Assembly: GCA_964505155.1 (NCBI GenBank)
Contig: CAZDGL010000004.1
Coordinates: 4,110-68,109, forward strand
Source of the DNA: an uncultured Candidatus Saccharibacteria bacterium
GTDB taxonomy: Bacteria > Patescibacteriota > Minisyncoccia > Phycocordibacterales > UBA9973
Direction of reading: 5' to 3'
Length of the DNA stretch: 64,000 nt
Shown here: in pieces, positions 55,702 through 64,000 of the stretch
How positions within the stretch are numbered: the stretch's first letter is position 1
Layout: every line of letters starts with the position of its first letter
The notes under the pieces: model-generated
Seen by the model: only the letters and a program-made list of their open reading frames with translations
What the model was told of the DNA's origin: nothing
Database searches by the model: none
Translations under genes and position numbers: made by a program

Positions 55702-56346
55702 ATGATATCTATTACTTTCGATGATGGCTGGAAAAATCAATTCACAAGAGCTTTGCCTGTACTTGAAAAGTATGATTTGAAAGGTACTTTTTATATTATT
55801 TCTAGGATGCCAAACTACATGCTTCATGAAGGTGAGGGTAGAATGTCTCAAGAAGAAATACTTGATCTGCAAAACAGGGGGCACGAGATAGGTGCTCATT
55901 CTCAAACACATCCACACCTGCAGATATCTATGCCATGGAAAGTTCGTAAAGAAGTTAGGGGCTCAAAGAAAGATTTGGAAAATAGAGGATTAAAAATAGA
56001 AACATTTTGCTATCCTTATGGTAGAAGAAACTGGTTTGTTGATAGGGTAGTAGCGAGTTCAGGATTTGCGGGAGCTAGACTGGCGGATGGAAAGTACAAT
56101 ACAAAGGCAACTGATAGATTTCATTTGGAAGCTAAATGCCTAAGAGATTTTACAACATTTGAAGAAGCAAAAATGTGGATAGACAATACTTACAATAAAT
56201 GGCTGATTTTAGTATTTCACCAGATTGAGCCAAATCCAGGAGGTTGGGGTACGGAACCTGTTTTGTTTGAAAAGATTTGTGCTTATATAAAAGAGAAAAA
56301 TTTAGAAGTTGTAACAGTTAGAGAAGGTTTAAAAAAGATATTATGA
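55702..56346 (+). CDS. Polysaccharide deacetylase (NodB/CE4)
   Basis: TFDDG, HEIGAHSQTH, YPYG, LVFH. Confidence 0.9.
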   Translation: MISITFDDGWKNQFTRALPVLEKYDLKGTFYIISRMPNYMLHEGEGRMSQEEILDLQNRGHEIGAHSQTHPHLQISMPWKVRKEVRGSKKDLENRGLKIETFCYPYGRRNWFVDRVVASSGFAGARLADGKYNTKATDRFHLEAKCLRDFTTFEEAKMWIDNTYNKWLILVFHQIEPNPGGWGTEPVLFEKICAYIKEKNLEVVTVREGLKKIL

Positions 56347-57041
56347 TAGAAATAATCCCAGCGGTTTTACCAAAAAGTTTTAGAGATATAGAAGAAGCAG
56401 TCGAAAAGGTGCGCTCTATTGCACCGACTATTCAGATAGATTTTTGCGATGGCAAGTTTGTGGAGAACAAGTCTTGGTGGTGGACAGGCAAAGAGCTTGC
56501 GCGCAAGGAGTCCATAATAGCTGAAGAAGAAGGTTTGCCATACTGGGACAGCGTAAACTATGAGTTTGATTTGATGGTCACAGACCCACTCTCGCACATG
56601 GATACTTTCATTGCGCTTGGTCCGTCAAAAATAATTTTCCACAAAAAAAGTGTCAGTGTTGAAGACTTGCTTAAATACTTTGAAAATTTACCAGAAGTTA
56701 CTAGACAAATCATTTCTTTTGGTATCGCTCTTGAGCTCGATGATGATCCTACAGAGATAGCGCCTCTTGTCCCATATCTACGCCGTGTACAGTGTATGGG
56801 CATAGAGCACATAGGTGTACAAGGAGAACCTTTTGCTGATAAATGTGTAGACTTGGTAAAGAGAGTATATGATCTTTATGGAGACAAGATTCGCATCAGT
56901 GTAGATGGTGGAGTAAATGCAAATCATATCCCAGCACTAGTAAAAGCTGGAGCTCGTAGACTAGTCGTGGGTTCAGCAGTATTTCAAAGTATCGATCCGC
57001 ACGGTACAATAGAAGAGTTACAAAACATTGCCAACTCATAA
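56343..57041 (+). CDS. rpe: Ribulose-phosphate 3-epimerase
   Basis: QIDFCDGKFV, DLMV, VDGGV, VVGSA. Confidence 0.88.
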   Translation: MIEIIPAVLPKSFRDIEEAVEKVRSIAPTIQIDFCDGKFVENKSWWWTGKELARKESIIAEEEGLPYWDSVNYEFDLMVTDPLSHMDTFIALGPSKIIFHKKSVSVEDLLKYFENLPEVTRQIISFGIALELDDDPTEIAPLVPYLRRVQCMGIEHIGVQGEPFADKCVDLVKRVYDLYGDKIRISVDGGVNANHIPALVKAGARRLVVGSAVFQSIDPHGTIEELQNIANS

Positions 57042-57044
57042 ACG

Positions 57045-57917
57045 ATGAAAAATAAAATCGGCACTTATACAACTAGAGAGCTCGCTATCAAAGCCAATGA
57101 AATCCGTGAGAGCATCATAGAAATGCTTTTGGAAGCTGGTTCAGGGCATACTGCGGGACCTCTCGGAATGGCAGATGTTTTCACTGCACTTTATTTTGAT
57201 TTGCTTCGCCATGATCCAGAGCGTCCAGATTGGGCAGAGCGCGATAGACTAGTGCTTTCAAATGGACATATCAACCCTGTGCTTTACGCTACTATGGCGC
57301 ACGTCGGTTATTTTCCTATAGAAGAACTCAAAACTCTTCGCAAATTTGGAACACGACTTCAAGGGCACCCTCATCGAGAGTTTTTGCCATATCTTGAAAA
57401 CTCTTCTGGACCTCTCGGTTCGGGTCTTTCGCAGGCAGTCGGTATGGCGCTTGCAGATAGGATAGATAATGGAGTCACAACACAGAAATACTTTTATTGT
57501 TTACTTGGAGACGGAGAGCTCAATGAAGGCAACAACTGGGAAGCTGTCATGCTCGCTGGCAAAGAAAAACTGCGCAACCTCATAGCGATAGTAGATAGAA
57601 ACAACATTCAGATAGACGGTTATACTGAAGATGTGATGCCACTAGACTCTCTGACTTCCAAATGGGAAGCGTTCAACTGGCATGTACAAGAAATAGACGG
57701 TCACAATATTGAAGCTATAATCGATGCGGTTCACAAAGCCAAAGCCGTGTTTGAAAAGCCTTCTGTCATCATCGCCCGCACTATTCCTGGCAAAGGCGTT
57801 CGAGAGTTTGAACGTAAGTTTGAATGGCACGGCAAGGCTCCAAACAAAGAAGAAGCAAATATGGCGCTTCAGGAACTGAGAACATTGGGAGGTAAAATTA
57901 AGAGTGAGCATAACTAA
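57045..57917 (+). CDS. Transketolase, N-terminal (TPP-binding) subunit
   Basis: SGH, RDRLVLSNGH, LQGHP, GDGELNEG...N, WHG. Confidence 0.95.
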   Translation: MKNKIGTYTTRELAIKANEIRESIIEMLLEAGSGHTAGPLGMADVFTALYFDLLRHDPERPDWAERDRLVLSNGHINPVLYATMAHVGYFPIEELKTLRKFGTRLQGHPHREFLPYLENSSGPLGSGLSQAVGMALADRIDNGVTTQKYFYCLLGDGELNEGNNWEAVMLAGKEKLRNLIAIVDRNNIQIDGYTEDVMPLDSLTSKWEAFNWHVQEIDGHNIEAIIDAVHKAKAVFEKPSVIIARTIPGKGVREFERKFEWHGKAPNKEEANMALQELRTLGGKIKSEHN

Positions 57918-57919
57918 AC

Positions 57920-58117
57920 ATGACTAAAATAATATTTGCTTTTATAATTGGGCTACTTCTCATATTTTTTGGTTATCGTACATATAGCATGTCTTATACT
58001 AGTAAATTTTTTACGTCTTTTACTAAAAAATTTCTTAGCGTAGTAATGTTTTTTGTAGGGTTATTAATTCTTGTGGTGATTTACTATGGATATAAATTAT
58101 TAAGCGGATTTGCATAA
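57920..58117 (+). CDS. Small 2-TM membrane protein (cassette 1)
   Basis: AT-rich, 2 nt after the tkt-N stop. Confidence 0.65.
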   Translation: MTKIIFAFIIGLLLIFFGYRTYSMSYTSKFFTSFTKKFLSVVMFFVGLLILVVIYYGYKLLSGFA

Positions 58118-58122
58118 TTAGT

Positions 58123-58392
58123 ATGAAAAATATAGATTGGGCAAAAACAATAGGTAGATTAGTAATAGTAGTGTTTGGACTAGCCACCATCTTTTTTGGC
58201 GTAGGAATCTATGCCTTTGGTGTTACTTTTGGGAGTGTAAGTAATTTAAAAATTTTTCTTACTCTAGTCCCACTATTCTTATCTGGCTGTGTAATGATCT
58301 TTTTAAATAATATCTCTAAAGGAAAGAATTGGATTTGGGTAACAATAAGTTTTTTTGTTTTATTAGCATATTTTATTATGTTTAATAATTAA
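58123..58392 (+). CDS. Small 3-TM membrane protein (cassette 2)
   Basis: AT-rich, tightly packed. Confidence 0.65.
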   Translation: MKNIDWAKTIGRLVIVVFGLATIFFGVGIYAFGVTFGSVSNLKIFLTLVPLFLSGCVMIFLNNISKGKNWIWVTISFFVLLAYFIMFNN

Positions 58393-58395
58393 TAT

Positions 58396-58686
58396 ATGAG
58401 AAATAGACCTAGCATTTTCTTCTTAACTGTCACAGCTATTAGTCTTTTTGTATATATTAAATATTTATCAGCCTCTTTTTCTTTTCCTGCTCGTGCAGTT
58501 GGATTTTTAGGATTTTTTGGCTTACCCGCATCCTTTTTTTGGTTGGGAATAAGTTTATTTATACAAGGTAAGAAGATGCAAAACCGTAAAAATCAGTCTA
58601 TTGGGGTAGGACTAATTGTTATTGGGCTAATCACTTCAATGATTGTAGTCGGATGGACAATTCTTGCTTTTAGTGATTGGCAGTAA
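58396..58686 (+). CDS. Small 3-TM membrane protein (cassette 3)
   Basis: AT-rich, tightly packed. Confidence 0.65.
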   Translation: MRNRPSIFFLTVTAISLFVYIKYLSASFSFPARAVGFLGFFGLPASFFWLGISLFIQGKKMQNRKNQSIGVGLIVIGLITSMIVVGWTILAFSDWQ

Positions 58687-58693
58687 TAAATAT

Positions 58694-58789
58694 ATGTTAA
58701 ATCCTAATTTAAAACTAAATAACAAAATTTTCTCAGACGATTGCGAATTAATAGTATTAGGAGGTAAAATTAAGAGTGAACATAATTAG
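58694..58789 (+). pseudogene. Chimeric 31-codon mini-ORF: start of tkt C-subunit fused in frame to end of tkt N-subunit
   Basis: MLNPNLKLNNKIFSDDCE-LIV-LGGKIKSEHN*; 51/54 nt match 59014-59067 and 29/33 nt match 57885-57917. Confidence 0.85.
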
Positions 58790-58790
58790 T

Positions 58791-59021
58791 ATGAAATATT
58801 TAAAGATATCTTTACAAATAGTTCTTGGGTTAGCAATTGTTATTTTTTCTGTAAAAGAAAGCGCTTATACAATGAAAGCTTTTTCTCTTATTTGGGGTAC
58901 TCAACATACTGGGTTTTTTATTATATATCTAGTCCTCATTCCTATTTATTGGATAATCGGTTTATTTCTTATTAATCTTGGTATGAGAAATTTATCTAAA
59001 ATAAAAAAACAAAATGCTTAA
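58791..59021 (+). CDS. Small 2-TM membrane protein (cassette 4)
   Basis: AT-rich; ATG 58791; overlaps the tkt-C start. Confidence 0.65.
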   Translation: MKYLKISLQIVLGLAIVIFSVKESAYTMKAFSLIWGTQHTGFFIIYLVLIPIYWIIGLFLINLGMRNLSKIKKQNA

Positions 59022-60006
59022 TCCTAATTTAAAACTAAATAACAAAATTTTCTCAGACGACTGCGAACAAGCACCGATCCGCAAAGGCTTTGGTGAGGGC
59101 TTGGTGGAAGCGGGGGAAAGTAATAAAGACATCGTTGCTCTTTCGGCAGATCTGACAGAAAGTACGCAAATGCATTTATTCAAAAATCGTTTTCCAGAGA
59201 GGTTTGTCGAGATCGGTGTAGCAGAACAAAATCTTGCAACAGTTGCGAGCGGTATGAGTGCTATGGGTAAGTATCCATTTTTCTCTTCCTATGCGATGTT
59301 CTCTCCAGGTCGCAACTGGGAGCAAATCCGCACCACTCTTGCATACAACGATAGAAAGGCAGTTATCGTGGGCTCTCATGCTGGTGTATCTGTAGGACCA
59401 GATGGCGGTACACACCAAGCCATAGAAGACATCGCTCTTATGAGGGTTATCCCGCGCATGATGGTACTTTCACCTTGCGATAGCCTACAAGCCAAGAAAA
59501 TGACCCTAGCACTTGCGCAGGCTCCAGAGCTGGCATATCTACGACTCGCTAGAGAAAAGACGCCTATCATCACCAGTTATGATACCCCTCTTGAACTCGG
59601 AAAGGGGCAAGTTCTCTACAGACCAGAAGGTGTGGCACATGTGGCTATCATTGCTACTGGTGCATTGGTAGCCAATGCTCTTCGCGTTGCCAAAGACTTG
59701 GAAAAGAAACATATCAAGGTAGTGGTAGTAAATATTCACACCATTAAACCACTAGATGAAGAGCTCATCATCAAAGTTGCCAAAGAAACAAAAGCAGTCG
59801 TAACTGTAGAGGAACATCAAGTAGTGGGTGGACTTGGAGGAGCAGTAGCTGAATGTTTGGCAAAAAGTTGTCCAACACCGATAGAGTTTGTAGGAGTTCA
59901 AGACCTCTTTGGTCAGTCTGGTACACCACGTGAACTCATTGAGCATTATGGAATGGGACGAGATGGGATTGAGAAGGCGATTTTAAAAGTTATAGATAGA
60001 AAGTAG
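59014..60006 (+). CDS. Transketolase, C-terminal (pyrimidine-binding) subunit
   Basis: ADL, GVAEQN, GPDGGTHQ, YLRL, IKPLD, EEHQ. Confidence 0.95.
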   Translation: MLNPNLKLNNKIFSDDCEQAPIRKGFGEGLVEAGESNKDIVALSADLTESTQMHLFKNRFPERFVEIGVAEQNLATVASGMSAMGKYPFFSSYAMFSPGRNWEQIRTTLAYNDRKAVIVGSHAGVSVGPDGGTHQAIEDIALMRVIPRMMVLSPCDSLQAKKMTLALAQAPELAYLRLAREKTPIITSYDTPLELGKGQVLYRPEGVAHVAIIATGALVANALRVAKDLEKKHIKVVVVNIHTIKPLDEELIIKVAKETKAVVTVEEHQVVGGLGGAVAECLAKSCPTPIEFVGVQDLFGQSGTPRELIEHYGMGRDGIEKAILKVIDRK

Positions 60007-60017
60007 ATAGATAAAAT

Positions 60018-60124
60018 AAAAAATACACATATCATTTTAAAGTCGCGTATTCGCCTGATGGCGAATCGCTGATACTCAGACCAGTCGTCTTGCGTAACAC
60101 CCTAAAATGATATGTGTATTTTTT
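60018..60124. repeat. 22-bp perfect inverted repeat enclosing a 63-bp GC-rich core
   Basis: AAAAAATACACATATCATTTTA (60018-60039) and TAAAATGATATGTGTATTTTTT (60103-60124); internal ATTCGCC-tgat-GGCGAAT hairpin. Confidence 0.8.
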
Positions 60125-60134
60125 TTATTACCTT

Positions 60135-61130
60135 TTAAAAAAGAGGTTTTGGTTCGTAGTCTTTTGGCGCTTCAGACAGATGCTTTTCTAGTTGCGCCAT
60201 AGTGAGAAGTCCTTTTTGTGCGCCGACAAATTGCACAACACTCATAGAGTTTACTGGTCCCCATTTGAGGGCTTCTTTGATATCTTTACCAAGGAGGAGC
60301 GCCACAGATACGGTCGAAGCAAATGCATCTCCTGCGCCTGTTCTCTCGTATGGCTCATGAGGATATATCGGCATGAAGTAGCTTTCAGTGCCATCAGAAG
60401 CATAAGCGCCTTTGATACCATCAGTGATAAATATTATCTTGGGCCCCAAAGCATGTAGTCCAGCAAAAAGGTCTTGGATTTTATCACTTTGTGTTTTTAG
60501 TATTCTTTGTGCTTCTTCTACGTTACAGAAAAAAGCATAAGTGTGGGTGTAGATGTCTTTGAGTGCTTCCAGCCCCATTTTCATTTGAAAAGTTCCAGGT
60601 TGAAAAATGAGCTTGGTTTCTGGATGAGAGATAACATATTTTGCAATCTGTGCGTGGTACTCCTCTGTACCTTCTCCGAGAGAAGAAAGATAAATCATTT
60701 TTGGCGCTGACATATCAGAAGGGAAAGATGTAGGGAAGTGAGCATGTTTTACAAGTATTGTGCGATCGACATCATACCAAAGGACATAGTGATAGTTGGT
60801 AGGGATGTCTTCGTGGACGCCAACGTATTTTGTGGAGACATTGTTTTTGATAAGTTCGTCTAGACAGTTTTGTCCGTGAGCGTCTTTACCAACATGAGCT
60901 ATAAGAGCACTAGAGACACCAAGTCTTGAAGCAGAGACAGCGGCATTGGCACTGTTACCAACAGCTCTTATTTCCTCTACGGATTCATATGGGACTTTGT
61001 CTCCAAATCTTAGAGAAATCTTGCAGTTGTGTTCGTCTATATCACAAGACACTTGTGCGTCTTTGATCTTGATAAAAGCATCGGTCACGAGATCTCCGAT
61101 AGCCAAAAAGTCTATTTGTTCATTTTGCAT
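60135..61130 (-). CDS. PfkB family carbohydrate kinase
   Basis: GNSANAAV, NVEEA, TDG..GA, TGAGDAF. Confidence 0.92.
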   Translation of the reverse strand: MQNEQIDFLAIGDLVTDAFIKIKDAQVSCDIDEHNCKISLRFGDKVPYESVEEIRAVGNSANAAVSASRLGVSSALIAHVGKDAHGQNCLDELIKNNVSTKYVGVHEDIPTNYHYVLWYDVDRTILVKHAHFPTSFPSDMSAPKMIYLSSLGEGTEEYHAQIAKYVISHPETKLIFQPGTFQMKMGLEALKDIYTHTYAFFCNVEEAQRILKTQSDKIQDLFAGLHALGPKIIFITDGIKGAYASDGTESYFMPIYPHEPYERTGAGDAFASTVSVALLLGKDIKEALKWGPVNSMSVVQFVGAQKGLLTMAQLEKHLSEAPKDYEPKPLF

Positions 61131-61172
61131 ATTTACATTATAGCTAGTTTCTCCTTATGGTACAATTGTTTT

Positions 61173-62033
61173 ATGAAAACTCTCCGAGCCTATATAGCAG
61201 AAGCCAAAAGAGACAAAAAAGCGATAGGGCATTTTAATTTTTCAAACATCGAAGGGCTTTGGGCTATAGCACACGGCGCGCAAAAAGTTGGATTGCCAGT
61301 TATCGTCGGAGTCTCAGAAGGAGAAGAGCGAGCCATAGGTATACATGAAGCTGTGGCATTGGTTAAGAGCATCAGAAGCAACCTCAAGATCCCTATTTTT
61401 CTAAATGCTGATCATCACTATAGTGTCGAGGCAGTTAAGGCTTGCATTGATGCAGGTTACGATAGTGTGATATTTGACGGGGCCAAGCTTTCTATGGAGG
61501 AGAACATTGCACAGGCCAAAGAGTGTGTAGAATATGCTCGCAAAAGTATGCACGATGTAGTAGTAGAGGTAGAGCTTGGTTATATCGGACAGTCTTCAAA
61601 GGTGCTCGATGGTGTGCCAGAAGGAGTTTCGCTCGAGAACCTCACTAAAGTAGAAGATGCGCAAAGACTGATGAAAGAGTCAGGCGCCGATATGCTTGCT
61701 CCAGCAGTTGGCAACATTCACGGCATGTTTAAAGGCGGGGTAGATCCAAGACTTGATATCGCTCGCATCAAAGAAATCTCAAAAGCCACAAATGCTCCAC
61801 TTGTTCTTCACGGTGGCTCAGGCAATGATGCTGATTTTGAAGAGGCGATACTCTCTGGCATAACCGTAGTCCATATCAACACCGAACTTCGCAAAGCTTA
61901 TACAGAGGGAGTCAAAAAATACATGGAGGAGTATCCAGATGATGTTGCTCCATACAAATACGGCGAAGCCGGCAAATTGGCTATGCAAAAGGTAGTAGAG
62001 GAAAAGTTAAAAGTTTTTAGTAGAATAAAATAA
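61173..62033 (+). CDS. fba: Class II fructose-bisphosphate aldolase
   Basis: NADH, SVIFDG, EVELG, AVGNIHG, LVLHGGSG, HINTE; start at ATG 61173. Confidence 0.93.
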   Translation: MKTLRAYIAEAKRDKKAIGHFNFSNIEGLWAIAHGAQKVGLPVIVGVSEGEERAIGIHEAVALVKSIRSNLKIPIFLNADHHYSVEAVKACIDAGYDSVIFDGAKLSMEENIAQAKECVEYARKSMHDVVVEVELGYIGQSSKVLDGVPEGVSLENLTKVEDAQRLMKESGADMLAPAVGNIHGMFKGGVDPRLDIARIKEISKATNAPLVLHGGSGNDADFEEAILSGITVVHINTELRKAYTEGVKKYMEEYPDDVAPYKYGEAGKLAMQKVVEEKLKVFSRIK

Positions 62034-62034
62034 T

Positions 62035-63696
62035 ATGAATTTAGAATTACTCAAAAAGTCTTTTAGGGGAGATGTAGAAGGGGATGAGAAGACGCTTGAA
62101 AAGTACAGTCACGATGCTTCGCTTTTTGAGGTGGTGCCAGAAGTAGTTGTTTTTCCCAAGGATGCTAGTGACGTTGAGGCTCTTGTGAAGTTTGTATCTG
62201 AGAACAAAAAGTCTGACCCCAAGCTTTCTCTAACAGCGCGCAGTGCTGGGACATGTATGTCTGGCGGACCGCTTAACGAATCTATCATTTTAGATACTAC
62301 AAGATATTTAAATAAAATCATTTCTGTAGATAAGGAAAAGGCGGTAGCAGAGCCAGGAGTGTATTATCGAGATTTTGAAAAAGAAACTTTGAAGCTCGAC
62401 TGCATCATGCCTACTTATACTGCTTCCAAAGATCTCTGTGCTATAGGAGGGATGGTGAACAACAATTGCGCCGGAGAAAAGACTATCAAATACGGCAAGA
62501 TTGAGCGCTATGTCAGAAAACAAAACATTGTGTTCTCTGACGGCAAAAGTTATGAAGTCAAACCACTATCCAAGACAGAGCTTTTGGCCAAGATTGCTCG
62601 AGAAGACTTTGAAGGTAGGATTTACAAACAAGTTTTTGATCTTGTCGAAAACAACTATGAAGCTTTGCAAAATGCCAAACCAAAGGTGAGTAAAAACAGC
62701 GCCGGCTACTATCTCTGGAATGTTTGGAATAGAGAGACGGGTATCTTTGACCTCAACAAGCTCCTTGTAGGCTCTCAAGGGACACTCGGAGTAACAACAC
62801 AAGTAGAGCTTGGTCTTGTGCCAGTACCGAAGTATTCAAAAATGGTAGTTATCTATATGCCAAAGATCGATCGCCTCGGTGAAGTAGTAGATACTGTGAT
62901 GCGTTATGAGCCCGAGAGCTTTGAATCATTTGATGATTACAGTATGAAGCTGGCTATTAGGTTTATTTGGGACTTTTTCAAGAGACTTGGATTTTGGGGT
63001 GCTATCAAGCTTGGACTTCAGTTCATACCAGATATGTTTTTGGTACTTCGTGGTGGTGTACCAAAGATGATACTGATGGCAGAAGTCACAGGGGATGATG
63101 AGGAGGCGTTAGAAGCGAGAGCTAGAGAAATCCTCGAAGCCGTCAAGCCATTTGGTTTTGAAACTAAGATAGCAAGATCAAAAGGAGAGATAGAAAAGTA
63201 TTGGAAAATTCGCCGAGAGAGTTTTGCTCTGCTTCGCAACCATGCAGGTGGCAAGCGTACTGCGCCATTTATCGATGACATCATCGTTAGTCCTCATGAT
63301 ATGCCAAAGTTTTTACCAGAACTCCAAGGGATACTTTCTCATTACAAACTCGACTATACTATTGCGGGACATGCGGGGAACGGTAACTTCCACATCATTC
63401 CTCTTATGGATCTCGACAACCCATTTTCTTCAGATATTATTTTGGATTTGTCACAAAAAGTTTATACACTTGTCACCAAATACGGAGGTTCTATCACTGC
63501 TGAGCACAACGATGGTATCATCCGCACACCATACCTCTCTTATATGTACAAACCAGAGATTTTGGAATTGTTCAAAAAGGTCAAAGAAATATTTGATCCA
63601 CTCTATATCTTCAACCCCGGCAAAAAGGTAGGAGGATCGTTCAAATACATCACTGATCATCTCATCAGGAAACATGACCAAAAACATAGCTCATAA
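62035..63696 (+). CDS. FAD-binding oxidoreductase (D-lactate/glycolate dehydrogenase type)
   Basis: RSAGT, IGGMVNNN, GSQGTLG, GHAGNGNFH, EHNDG, FNPGK. Confidence 0.9.
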   Translation: MNLELLKKSFRGDVEGDEKTLEKYSHDASLFEVVPEVVVFPKDASDVEALVKFVSENKKSDPKLSLTARSAGTCMSGGPLNESIILDTTRYLNKIISVDKEKAVAEPGVYYRDFEKETLKLDCIMPTYTASKDLCAIGGMVNNNCAGEKTIKYGKIERYVRKQNIVFSDGKSYEVKPLSKTELLAKIAREDFEGRIYKQVFDLVENNYEALQNAKPKVSKNSAGYYLWNVWNRETGIFDLNKLLVGSQGTLGVTTQVELGLVPVPKYSKMVVIYMPKIDRLGEVVDTVMRYEPESFESFDDYSMKLAIRFIWDFFKRLGFWGAIKLGLQFIPDMFLVLRGGVPKMILMAEVTGDDEEALEARAREILEAVKPFGFETKIARSKGEIEKYWKIRRESFALLRNHAGGKRTAPFIDDIIVSPHDMPKFLPELQGILSHYKLDYTIAGHAGNGNFHIIPLMDLDNPFSSDIILDLSQKVYTLVTKYGGSITAEHNDGIIRTPYLSYMYKPEILELFKKVKEIFDPLYIFNPGKKVGGSFKYITDHLIRKHDQKHSS

Positions 63697-63733
63697 TTTG
63701 CATTTTTAGGCTTTTCCCGTATAATAAAGCCCT

Positions 63734-64000
63734 ATGTTAATACTAAAAGCAACAAAAAGACAAAGTGAGAAACCAGAAGACCTTAGAAGAGGAGACCAAA
63801 TCCCAGCTGTGTTTTATGGTTTTGGCAAGGAATCAACAGCTATTTCTGTTCCAAAGGTAGACTTTATCAAGCTCTTTAGAGAGGCTGGAGAGACTACTGC
63901 TATCACACTTGATATGGGTGGAGAGAAGATTTCTGCTTTGGTTCACGATATCCAAAGAGACCCAGTACGAGGAGAGCCAACACATGTGGACTTTCTAGTT
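63734..64000 (+). CDS. rplY: 50S ribosomal protein bL25 (runs off the window)
   Basis: Manual translation MLILKATKR...LRRGDQIPAVFYG...DIQRDPV...HVDF. Confidence 0.9.
   Translation, partial: MLILKATKRQSEKPEDLRRGDQIPAVFYGFGKESTAISVPKVDFIKLFREAGETTAITLDMGGEKISALVHDIQRDPVRGEPTHVDFLV

Noticed and set aside
1759-56346. Alternative genetic code 25 (TGA=Gly) as in Gracilibacteria
   Set aside because: Core genes are full length under code 11, and TGA terminates several ORFs at expected positions (recR, scpA, rsmH).
57045-60006. Split transketolase as a disrupted pseudogene
   Set aside because: Two-subunit transketolases are a normal form, and both halves are intact with their own starts and stops.
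1-64000. CRISPR array, IS/transposase, integrase or integron
   Set aside because: No regularly spaced repeats with unique spacers, no recombinase or transposase ORF, and no convincing attC RYYYAAC/GTTRRRY pairs were seen.

Overview
This is a low-GC chromosomal window from a reduced-genome bacterium, most likely Patescibacteria/CPR (Parcubacteria-like). That is inferred from the short AspRS and GluRS, split transketolase, rpiB-rpe-tkt/gap/fba sugar cluster, orphan type IV pilin and many leaderless genes. TGA is used as a stop, so the code is 11. The backbone is housekeeping: corA, rplU, recR, dnaB, trpS, aspS, scpAB-mraY-ftsW-murG, gltX, engB, msrA, pbp2, greA, mraZ-rsmH-ftsI, tRNA-Glu, rmuC, obg, gatB, gap, rpiB, rpe, tkt, fba, rplY. 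About 20 ORFans or accessory genes are interspersed. No integrase, IS or CRISPR was seen. The most notable signals are: (1) an array of small membrane-protein genes between the two transketolase halves, containing an in-frame tktB-start/tktA-end chimeric mini-ORF with almost only synonymous changes; (2) unrelated ORFans that share duplicated promoter/start modules and similar stop/terminator modules, four of them ending in a C-terminal Ala-Ala degron-like motif; (3) a MazG + GIY-YIG/DUF2075 helicase defence-like pair whose helicase is fused to an intact LexA/UmuD-type S24 autoprotease, next to a Panacea toxin-antitoxin pair; (4) a Cys-rich-tail protein beside an M16 peptidase and an ABC exporter; (5) an orphan B12-binding radical SAM enzyme with a CX8CX2C motif. 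All family assignments are from motif recognition by eye, not database searches.
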